Shown here in pieces: positions 36,036 through 43,635 of a stretch of 64,000 nt of DNA. Origin of the DNA: Chamaesiphon sp. (GTDB lineage Bacteria > Cyanobacteriota > Cyanobacteriia > Cyanobacteriales > Chamaesiphonaceae); the NCBI GenBank assembly GCA_965246715.1, contig CBDFFH010000049.1, forward strand, positions 73,778 through 137,777, read 5' to 3'. The notes under the pieces were generated by a model. It worked only from the letters and a program-made list of their open reading frames with translations, ran no database searches and was not told the origin of the DNA. Each line of letters starts with the position of its first letter. Within the stretch, counting starts at the first letter, position 1. The position numbers and the translations under genes are program-made.

Positions 36036-36085
36036 GAATTATGAATTACTTGTACTGAGCGTAGTCGAAGGATGAATTATGAATT
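36036..36085. repeat. (GAATTAT)n heptamer array interrupted by a 24-bp SDR-like insert
   Basis: GAATTAT GAATTA [cttgtactgagcgtagtcgaagga] T GAATTAT GAATT. Confidence 0.75.
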
Positions 36086-36226
36086 CCGATGTCAGCAGTC
36101 GGTAGCAATGGGTGCAATTAATTAAACTATTTTAACGTGAGTTATTACAATGATGTGGAGCTGCGTCAATGATAAGACACACAATGCCTGCTGAAGCTTT
36201 GATTGGCAACGAACCGGAGCGAGAAT

Positions 36227-36841
36227 TTAGTTTTTGTTACCGAGCGAGCCACTATAACCAGTCGTCAACCAGATTAGCGATCTCACCCCATCTCTAACGG
36301 TTTTTTGCAGTGGTTCTACGGATCTGGTAGTAGTAATCGTCAGGGGTTTGACTTTGATCCCTCTACTCCCAAAAACGATCTCGCCAATCGTTCTGGCTCG
36401 CCGGATGTGATCGTCAGAGGTGACTAGATAGACACTAGTAATCCCTCTAGCTTCAAATCGATCGACCATAGTTGTAAAATTGGTGACCGTATCGCTGGCT
36501 TGATAATCTAGATGTAAGTTGTTTGGGTCGATCCCAAGTTTGTGAAAAACTCGTCTGGTATAATTTGGTGGCGAGCCACTAGAAATCCAGACGGGGAGAT
36601 TGGGGTGTGCGACGGCAAATTTGGCAGCAAATATTTCACGCTCTTCTTCACCACCCAAGACAAAAATTACCTGGGGTTGCAGCCAGGTATTCTCGACTTC
36701 GCGGTAGCCCATCCAGGCAATCGGTGCGAGCGGTAGGGACATTGGTAAGAGTAACTTTAACAACCGCCACCGATGACGGCGAGCGCGTTTTTTGGAGGTA
36801 GAAGCTGAATGCGATCGGAGAAAGGAGCGGGGATGCGCCAT
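36227..36841 (-). CDS. YdcF/DUF218 family protein
   Basis: VLGG, ISSG, DTVTN and LVTSDDHIRRA motifs. Confidence 0.85.
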   Translation of the reverse strand: MAHPRSFLRSHSASTSKKRARRHRWRLLKLLLPMSLPLAPIAWMGYREVENTWLQPQVIFVLGGEEEREIFAAKFAVAHPNLPVWISSGSPPNYTRRVFHKLGIDPNNLHLDYQASDTVTNFTTMVDRFEARGITSVYLVTSDDHIRRARTIGEIVFGSRGIKVKPLTITTTRSVEPLQKTVRDGVRSLIWLTTGYSGSLGNKN

Positions 36842-36934
36842 GCTACAAGGAGCTTGGGGGTAAAGTAGAAGCTAAGTAGCTCCTGGTAAATGATAGCCCA
36901 AAGTTACCTCGATCGTTCGATTCAAAAGAACTAA

Positions 36935-37008
36935 TGGGACTGGCGGGAATCGAACCCACGGCCTATCGCTTAGGAGGCGATCGCTCTATCCTACTGAGCT
37001 ACAGCCCC
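36935..37008 (-). tRNA. tRNA-Arg (CCU)
   Basis: ggggctgtagctcagtaggatagagcgatcgcctCCTaagcgataggccgtgggttcgattcccgccagtccca. Confidence 0.93.
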
Positions 37009-37086
37009 AAACCGCAGTTTATTTTAGCAGATTAGTGACGATCGATCGGGATACATTACTTAATCGAGCGCCACTAGGCAAACTAG

Positions 37087-37656
37087 TTAAAACATCTTAC
37101 TGATAATATTCCCAATATCTTCCATCACATTACCATCACCATCGGCATCGATCGCCTTCGCAGCCATGCCTAGCAGGTCGTTGTCGCCGTTATTAGCGCC
37201 CAACATTTGGGAGATGCCATTAGAGTCTAAACCGCCTTGTTCCTGACTGGTTTTACCGATCGCACCCATCACCAATGGCGTGAGGATACCGAGTAGTTGC
37301 GCTGCTGCGCCGCTATCGAGTCCAGTATTTTGGGAGATCGCATTTGCCATGGCATTATGCGTACTACCACCTAAAACTTGCCCGAGCAATGCACTCCCGA
37401 TGCCGCCAGCACCGGCATTGCAGACAAAATTCATGACATTGTTCAAAATCGAGCCATCGTTTGCTTGCGCGACTTGCTGGATTTGGTCTGCACCTTCTGG
37501 AGTGGTGGCATGGTTGCCCATCGCCCCTACTAGTAGGGGTAAAGCCATACTTACCGCCGACTGAGTAGTATTTTGGTCGGCACCGATTTGTTGGCTGATT
37601 TGTTGCATGACTGGGCCGCCGAGTTGACTGGCGAGCATGCCGATTAATGGATTCAT
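37087..37656 (-). CDS. DUF937 family protein
   Basis: Gly/Ala/Gln-rich helical protein; LPLLVGAM, TPLVMGAIG; C-terminal DADGDG loop. Confidence 0.8.
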   Translation of the reverse strand: MNPLIGMLASQLGGPVMQQISQQIGADQNTTQSAVSMALPLLVGAMGNHATTPEGADQIQQVAQANDGSILNNVMNFVCNAGAGGIGSALLGQVLGGSTHNAMANAISQNTGLDSGAAAQLLGILTPLVMGAIGKTSQEQGGLDSNGISQMLGANNGDNDLLGMAAKAIDADGDGNVMEDIGNIISKMF

Positions 37657-37850
37657 AACAATTTTTACTCCAGATGCGCGAGATAATTACCGATCGAGAT
37701 TGAATTCACAGGCTGGCGTGTCAAACACTACAGTTTATACAATTCTTTCGCCAATCTGTAAAGATTGCGCTACATTTATTTAACTCTTCCAAATAATTAT
37801 CGGATTTAGTTGAATAATTTAGTAAAGATCGTCTTCTGGCTCGACTGGCT

Positions 37851-38576
37851 GTGAAAAAAATTTGGATTTATCCCATTGCTGCAAGTTTATTATCGGTATC
37901 CACAGCTTGCAAGCTACCATCTCTCGATAACTTCCCCAAACCGCAACAATCTCAGCCAACCGCATCCGCACCAGTGTCCAAGCCCAAAAAAACCGTGAAA
38001 GCTACCCCCTCACCTGGGTTTTCACAGATCGAACGAGACATTATTACCGAAATGAATCTCGCCAGATCCAATCCCCCCGCTTATCGTCAGGTAATGTTGG
38101 CATGGCGCGGTAAATTTGAAGGTAAAAGAGTGCGCTTGAGCGATCGATTATACCTCCAGACTCAAGAAGGTACTCCCGCGATCGATGAAGCGATAAAGTT
38201 CTTACAAAAAACGCGACCTGTCGGCAAGCTAACCTACTCCAAAGGCTTGAGTCTAGCCGCGCGCGACCACGTTCGCGACCAAGGCTCTAGAGGCGCGACG
38301 GGGCATAATAGCAGCAATGGCAATACGCCATTCCAACGGATGGAACGCTATGGAAAGTGGCAACAGATCGCTGGTGAAAATATTGCTTATGGCCCGAACA
38401 CGGCCCGAGCAGTCGTGCGCGATCTGATTATCGATGATGGTGTCGCCGATCGCGGCCATCGCACGAATATGTTTCAACCGCAATTTCGCGTGACGGGTGT
38501 TTCCTGTGGTTATCACCGACAGTATCGGGTGATGTGCGATATTAAGTATGCTGGCGGATTTCGCGATCGTCGCTAG
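37851..38576 (+). CDS. CAP/SCP domain lipoprotein
   Basis: Lipobox-like STAC; AARDH, GH, GENI and RGHRTN CAP motifs. Confidence 0.88.
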   Translation: MKKIWIYPIAASLLSVSTACKLPSLDNFPKPQQSQPTASAPVSKPKKTVKATPSPGFSQIERDIITEMNLARSNPPAYRQVMLAWRGKFEGKRVRLSDRLYLQTQEGTPAIDEAIKFLQKTRPVGKLTYSKGLSLAARDHVRDQGSRGATGHNSSNGNTPFQRMERYGKWQQIAGENIAYGPNTARAVVRDLIIDDGVADRGHRTNMFQPQFRVTGVSCGYHRQYRVMCDIKYAGGFRDRR

Positions 38577-38586
38577 TTACTAATTC

Positions 38587-39000
38587 AGCGTGAGTTAGGG
38601 TGAAGAGATCTTTACTGCAAAAATTACTGGTGTGGTAGAACCCGGATCTGGGGGAGGCCTCCCCCAGACCCCCCGTTGAGGAGCGGGGTGCCGCCCCTCA
38701 AACTCCCCTGCACAAGGGTTGGTTTATGGGTAGCGTAGCGCGCTTCGCATTAGCTTCGCACTGTGGGTCGATCTGTGGGTTGGGGTTGATTGGTCGGGGA
38801 CGGTTCCGAAACGAGGCCAGGAGTTATTAATCGGAAATCGACGTTGCTGAATTGAGGTATGATTCGCCCTCACTCCGCCCTCGCCTCCGGCTCTGGCTCC
38901 CCTCTCCCAAGCTTGGGAGAGGGGCTGGGGGTGAGGGCAAAATCTACGCTTCATACCTGAATTCAGCAACGCCGGGAAATCCTTACCCCGAACTAACGTT
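38587..39000. mobile_element. composite MITE: outer AACGTGAGTTCGGG-type element
   Basis: Degenerate inverted ends agcgtgagttagggtgaag / ccttaccccgaactaacgtt, same family as 52973-53147. Confidence 0.6.
38840..38973. mobile_element. inner MITE (GGCGTTGCTGAAT family)
   Basis: IRs gacgttgctgaattgaggtatga / tcatacctgaattcagcaacgcc; flanks cggaaatc / gggaaatc (8-bp TSD with one mismatch); internal cccctctcccaagcttgggagagggg hairpin. Confidence 0.8.
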
Positions 39001-39004
39001 AAAA

Positions 39005-39035
39005 CCAGCCACTAGCCACTAGTCACTGGCCACTA
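39005..39035. repeat. STRR-like heptamer tandem repeat (CCACTAG)n
   Basis: ccagccactagccactagtcactggccacta; shorter copies near 278-296 and 53150-53162. Confidence 0.7.
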
Positions 39036-39076
39036 AATCACGAGTAACTTTGTGTTGATGCAAGATATGAGAATGC

Positions 39077-39808
39077 TTATTTCTGCTTGACTTCAGACTC
39101 AACTGCGCGAATCATTTCCATTGCACTCTGATATTTAGCCAAATCGCCACTCGCCTTAAATAAACCTGCCGCGCGATTGAGATCGGCGATGGCTTTGGCA
39201 CGATGACCCGCACGTTCGTGGGCGATGCCGCGATTGAGATAAGCTAGGGCATAATTGGGTTTGAGTGCGATCGCCCGATCGAAATCGACCAGCGCAGCAG
39301 CACTATTGCCCAGATCGTCGAGATTGTTACCTCGATTCATATAGGCAGCGGCATATTGAGGATCGATCGCAATGGCAGCGGTATAATCGGCGATCGCTGC
39401 TGTAGTTTTACCAGTTTTCGCTAGAGTAGTGCCGCGATTGTAATAAGCATGGGCGGATTTGGGATCGAGCGTAATTGCTTTGCTAAAATCGGCCACTGCA
39501 CCAGGCAGATCGCGAATGGCATCTTTCGTATTGCCTCGTTCGATGTAAGCTTGAATGTATTGGGGGTCGAGTTCGATCGCCCGATCGAAGCTGACGATCG
39601 CTTGTGTCAAATTTCCGGCTGCGACCGAACTCAATCCTTGCTGGTATTGACTTAGCGCGTTAACGGCCTTAATTTTTCCGGTACCGATCGGCTCATTGGT
39701 TATCAGCGTTACTGCCTGAGTTGGCTGCGACTGGAAGCAGATCGCAGCGATCGATCCCACCACGATCGAGCGCATTGTTATATTTAGATGTTGCCGCATA
39801 CCACTCAT
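39077..39808 (-). CDS. TPR repeat protein with signal peptide
   Basis: Five tandem AY(x)(N/E)RG...A(I/L)AD...AI TPR units. Confidence 0.9.
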   Translation of the reverse strand: MSGMRQHLNITMRSIVVGSIAAICFQSQPTQAVTLITNEPIGTGKIKAVNALSQYQQGLSSVAAGNLTQAIVSFDRAIELDPQYIQAYIERGNTKDAIRDLPGAVADFSKAITLDPKSAHAYYNRGTTLAKTGKTTAAIADYTAAIAIDPQYAAAYMNRGNNLDDLGNSAAALVDFDRAIALKPNYALAYLNRGIAHERAGHRAKAIADLNRAAGLFKASGDLAKYQSAMEMIRAVESEVKQK

Positions 39809-40049
39809 CCCTACCCATCTGGTTAATCGTCCTCATCTTTAGAATGCCTTCTCAATCGCCTAAAGGTATCGGTACAAAAGCATAAAAATTGTAAAGATAA
39901 TAGTTTCTATTTGCGATTAATGACCGATCTCTGGCTCCAGCTCAAGTTTACAGCCGCCGCAGCACTCTAGCGGGGATCGCGATCTTTGCCTATTGAGGTC
40001 GCGATCGATGATAATTAAGTATTGTTAACCACATTTCATGTAAAGCCCG

Positions 40050-40772
40050 GTGAATAACCAGAGTACTGTCTCCGATACCAAGCGCAATTTCTACTCTCAA
40101 CATACTCGCCCGATCAATTCGATTTATCGGCGGGTGGTAGAAGAATTAATGGTAGAAATGCACTTACTTTCTACCAATGTTGATTTTGCCTACAATCCGA
40201 TTTATGCGCTGGGTGTAGTCAGCAGCTTCGATCGGTTTATGGCAAGTTATCGTCCCGAAGGCGATAAGCAATCGATCTTTGTCGCACTCACGCAATCGAT
40301 GGGTGGCGATGCTCAGAAATACCGTGATGATGCCGCTGCCGTCCAAGAGTTTGCTCGGAGTATGCAGGAGCAGGATATCGTGCAGTGGCTGAGCGAGCCG
40401 ACTAGCGATGGCATGGGAGCGCAAATCGCCGATCTCCTCAAAACGATCGCCAGCAATCCTAAATTTAAATACAGTCGCCTCTTCGGGATCGGGATATTTA
40501 CTATTCTCGAACAAGCTGCTCCAGATTTACTCAAAGATGAGAAAAAACGGGAAGCGGCGATTTTACAAATCGGGACAGCACTGAACTTGCCTACGGATAA
40601 GGTGCAAAAGGATCTCGATACCTATCGGAGCAACTTGGATAAACTCGTCCAAATGGAAGCAGTCATGGCCGATCTAGCAGAAGCAGAGCGCAAAAAACGC
40701 GAGCAACGCGCACAAGAGAAAGTCACTGCTGCCGCAAACGCTGCACCCACAGCTACTTCTACTGAAGTCTAA
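40050..40772 (+). CDS. psb29: photosystem II biogenesis protein Psb29/THF1
   Basis: TVSDTKRNF, YRRVVEELMVEMHLL, FKYSRLF and KDLDTYRSNL. Confidence 0.93.
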   Translation: MNNQSTVSDTKRNFYSQHTRPINSIYRRVVEELMVEMHLLSTNVDFAYNPIYALGVVSSFDRFMASYRPEGDKQSIFVALTQSMGGDAQKYRDDAAAVQEFARSMQEQDIVQWLSEPTSDGMGAQIADLLKTIASNPKFKYSRLFGIGIFTILEQAAPDLLKDEKKREAAILQIGTALNLPTDKVQKDLDTYRSNLDKLVQMEAVMADLAEAERKKREQRAQEKVTAAANAAPTATSTEV

Positions 40773-40844
40773 TGCAGACTGGATTCGCCCGTGGCTCGAT
40801 CGCGGGCTATAGGGCTAGCCCAAACAAAATGTCTTTGAGTGGAC

Positions 40845-41681
40845 TCAGGAGTTCATTCGATCGGGCGAAGTTGGCTTAGTTCTAAGTGTCTCCATCCACG
40901 GTAAAAATAGCTCCTGCAACTCGGTGCGACTGACAATTAAACTCGGTAGCGCATAATTTTCATAATCTCGACCTGCGATCGCTGGAAAAGTCGGTTCGTC
41001 GCGTAACGATACCCACACCCCTCCAGCCGCATGGAGGATCGCCCAGACTGCGGCCACATCCCAGATTTTAGGAGTAGCTTCGACTCCGCCCAAGCTCGCG
41101 CCAGCTGCCACTGCCAAGAAATTGTAGGTAGCCACCCCGAGCATCCGAATCTTACACGGAAATCCCGGTTTCCAGACCTGAATGCTGCGCGCGCACAAAC
41201 TAAAGAACTGATTGCTCCCTGGCTCGTCCTGACTGACATGAATCGATCGATCGTTCAAATACGCTCCCGTCGGTAGATCTAAGCCAGAATTTCCCGCCCA
41301 ATAGCCGTGAAAAGCCTGGTTTATCGGTGGGAAATATACATAGCCAAATACAGGCTCACCATAGTAGAGTAACCCGATCGAAATTCCCCACAATGGAATC
41401 CCCCGCGTAAAATTTGTCGTGCCATCGAGCGGATCGATAATCCATGTCCATTGGGCATCGGTGAAGCGGTGTTCGGCTTCCTCGCTAAGGATCGCATGTT
41501 CGGGAAAAGCAGCGGCAATACTCGATCGAATTTCGGCATCCGCCCAGCGATCCGACTCGGTTACTAGACTACCATCGGCTTTTTCCAATCCCTGAACGCG
41601 GCCAAAGTCTAACAGTAATCGGGCACCTACTCGCTGAGCAGTAGTGCTGGCAACTTCTAAGATCCGATCGGCAAATTCCAT
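40845..41681 (-). CDS. inositol monophosphatase family protein
   Basis: VTESD, LSEE, WIIDPLDGTTNF and WDVAA. Confidence 0.92.
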   Translation of the reverse strand: MEFADRILEVASTTAQRVGARLLLDFGRVQGLEKADGSLVTESDRWADAEIRSSIAAAFPEHAILSEEAEHRFTDAQWTWIIDPLDGTTNFTRGIPLWGISIGLLYYGEPVFGYVYFPPINQAFHGYWAGNSGLDLPTGAYLNDRSIHVSQDEPGSNQFFSLCARSIQVWKPGFPCKIRMLGVATYNFLAVAAGASLGGVEATPKIWDVAAVWAILHAAGGVWVSLRDEPTFPAIAGRDYENYALPSLIVSRTELQELFLPWMETLRTKPTSPDRMNS

Positions 41682-42171
41682 AAGCTTGGCGATTGATAAT
41701 GTGGATGGGCAAACTCACAATGCATGTAATACGTAATTTTTAATATAGCCGATCGGCTGAACTTATCTAAGATCGGCAGTAAGTTTGAAATATAAGTTAC
41801 ATACTTAGCTGAAATCACGTAAGTATACGCGTAGCTAGCTCAGCCATGTAGCTTGAACTGCTATACACTTGTTGTCAAAACACAAGCACAGACGTAAGAT
41901 ACAAGTGGCTACAAAACAGCAAACAGCTCGGTACGAACATTTTTAATAGTTCGCACGCTCAAGTAAACACTTTGGAAATAGCACAGTAATAAATAGAATC
42001 CAGATTGAAGTGACTTTCTTTGTAATACGATGCTTCGGCATTCGATAGTCTCGGAAGATCGATTGGGCGCAGCCAACCATATTTAGCTTCGTACCATTTC
42101 AATGGAATTATTTAACACTGTACTCGTTACAGGGTGTGGTTTTTTGTAGCTAAATTGTTAAAAGGAAACCC

Positions 42172-42241
42172 GCTAACTCGATGGTTGATTGTGACAGCAA
42201 CCAGTTCGGCTGACTCAGATCCGATTGTCGATCGAGTTAGT
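42172..42241 (+). promoter_or_regulatory. candidate structured leader (multi-branched stem-loop)
   Basis: 10-bp closing stem ctaactcgat / atcgagttag enclosing two hairpins, about 100 nt upstream of the ATG at 42345. Confidence 0.35.
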
Positions 42242-42344
42242 GCTCTACTGCTATCGCAAATAGATAGTCGCTAGTTAACGAGCTAAAAAGTAAAAACACC
42301 AGATCATTATACACTAATCGATCCCAATTAGAAATAAAACAATC

Positions 42345-43427
42345 ATGAAATTATCTAGTAAAATCGCACTCGCGCTCTTAACTGGTGGTACTGCAGCTAC
42401 TGTCGGATATCCGATGGTTGCTTCGGCTCTCCCAGCAACTGGCTCTACTGCTGCTGCCGTATCGATCAAATTCCAAGATACTGGTGCTACCGTCGGTAAC
42501 GCTACCCTCAATCCTGGTGGTACTACCAATGCAAATGGTAACAACGGCGTAAAAGAACTCTCTGCCGCTGTCGCTACGGGCGAATCTAATGCTAAGGCTA
42601 GCTCTAGCAGTGGTAGCAGCACCTCCGTCATCGTAGGCACTGCATTAGTAGGCACTAATACAGTAGGTACTAGTGCTACGGCTGAAGGGATCAGTGCGCC
42701 AGTAACATTCAAATACACCAATACCAGCGATGTATCGAATGTCCGCAACTTCTCTGAGGAGCGGAACAATAACCAAGACACCTTAGCGACTTCTAAAGAT
42801 ACGTTAGCTAGCGTCAAAAACACTTCGTTTGACTCGGATGTACGTTCTGACAAGAAAACAGGCGACCTAGCAACAGTTAATAACAGCACCACTAAAGGCA
42901 CGACTTTTGAAGATGGCAAAGCAACCAACAATCCTGGGTCTCTAGTTACAACAGACAAAACTGGTACTACTAGTACTGGTACTGGTGCTGCTACTGGTTC
43001 TGGTGCGAGTGGAAGTGCTACTACCACTAAAGATGGTAGCCTCGCTGCTACTGGTGCTTCGACTACAAAAGATTCGATCGCAACCAATGTAAATAATGCA
43101 ACCGCGCTAACGAATAACTCCACTAGCGAGAAAACCTCAAATCAGCAGGTGGTTAGCAATATCAACAACTCTAATTCTAAATCTTCTACAACAGATAATA
43201 CAGCTACTAACACTCGGACTGATAAGACTTCATCTGATGTAGCTTCTAACGTTCAGAAGAGCGGTAGTAACGACAATCTCACTACTGGGAAAGATACCAA
43301 TAACACAACTAAGTCGGTTGTTAATAGTAAAGTCATCGACAACACTGATAACAAAACTAAAACCGGTGTCGTCTACGATTACCAAGGTTCCTCGGCTGGT
43401 TTGAGCTACATCCCCATCCTCAAATAG
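42345..43427 (+). CDS. secreted Thr/Ser/Asn-rich low-complexity protein
   Basis: Sec-type signal peptide ending in ASA; no Cys, Trp or His; long T/S/N/K/D-rich segment. Confidence 0.8.
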   Translation: MKLSSKIALALLTGGTAATVGYPMVASALPATGSTAAAVSIKFQDTGATVGNATLNPGGTTNANGNNGVKELSAAVATGESNAKASSSSGSSTSVIVGTALVGTNTVGTSATAEGISAPVTFKYTNTSDVSNVRNFSEERNNNQDTLATSKDTLASVKNTSFDSDVRSDKKTGDLATVNNSTTKGTTFEDGKATNNPGSLVTTDKTGTTSTGTGAATGSGASGSATTTKDGSLAATGASTTKDSIATNVNNATALTNNSTSEKTSNQQVVSNINNSNSKSSTTDNTATNTRTDKTSSDVASNVQKSGSNDNLTTGKDTNNTTKSVVNSKVIDNTDNKTKTGVVYDYQGSSAGLSYIPILK

Positions 43428-43438
43428 TAACTAACGAC

Positions 43439-43567
43439 AGGTCGATCGATTCACTTCCTAGAGATTGGGTAGATCGACCTCATCTTGATTTAATTAAAAA
43501 CTTATCCATCTCTAGATTTGGTGCGATGTAGCTCATGCTGACCGAACCTGCTAGGATGGATATTTTT
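43439..43567 (+). terminator. two intergenic stem-loops (partial terminator or mRNA stabiliser)
   Basis: aggtcgatc...gatcgacct and tatccatc-tctag...ctag-gatggata followed by ttttt. Confidence 0.55.
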
Positions 43568-43635
43568 GTCACGGATCGATCGGCGAAGCTGGCACGTCGT
43601 CTAGCGACGAGCGCCTGAGAAAAATTTTAATAATT

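Noticed and set aside
36935..37656. tRNA-Arg as an island integration site
   Set aside because: No integrase or duplicated tRNA 3' end is visible nearby.
38724..38969. 81-aa ORF (PHPQPLSQAWERG)
   Set aside because: Translation of MITE and palindromic repeat sequence.
41705..41790. ggcaaac motif suggesting a c-di-GMP-I riboswitch
   Set aside because: The GAAA tetraloop stem and gacgcaaagc partner motif are missing.
42314..43123. 269-aa antisense ORF rich in Val/Leu/Ala
   Set aside because: Shadow of the Thr/Ser/Asn codon bias of the plus-strand gene, which has the signal peptide.
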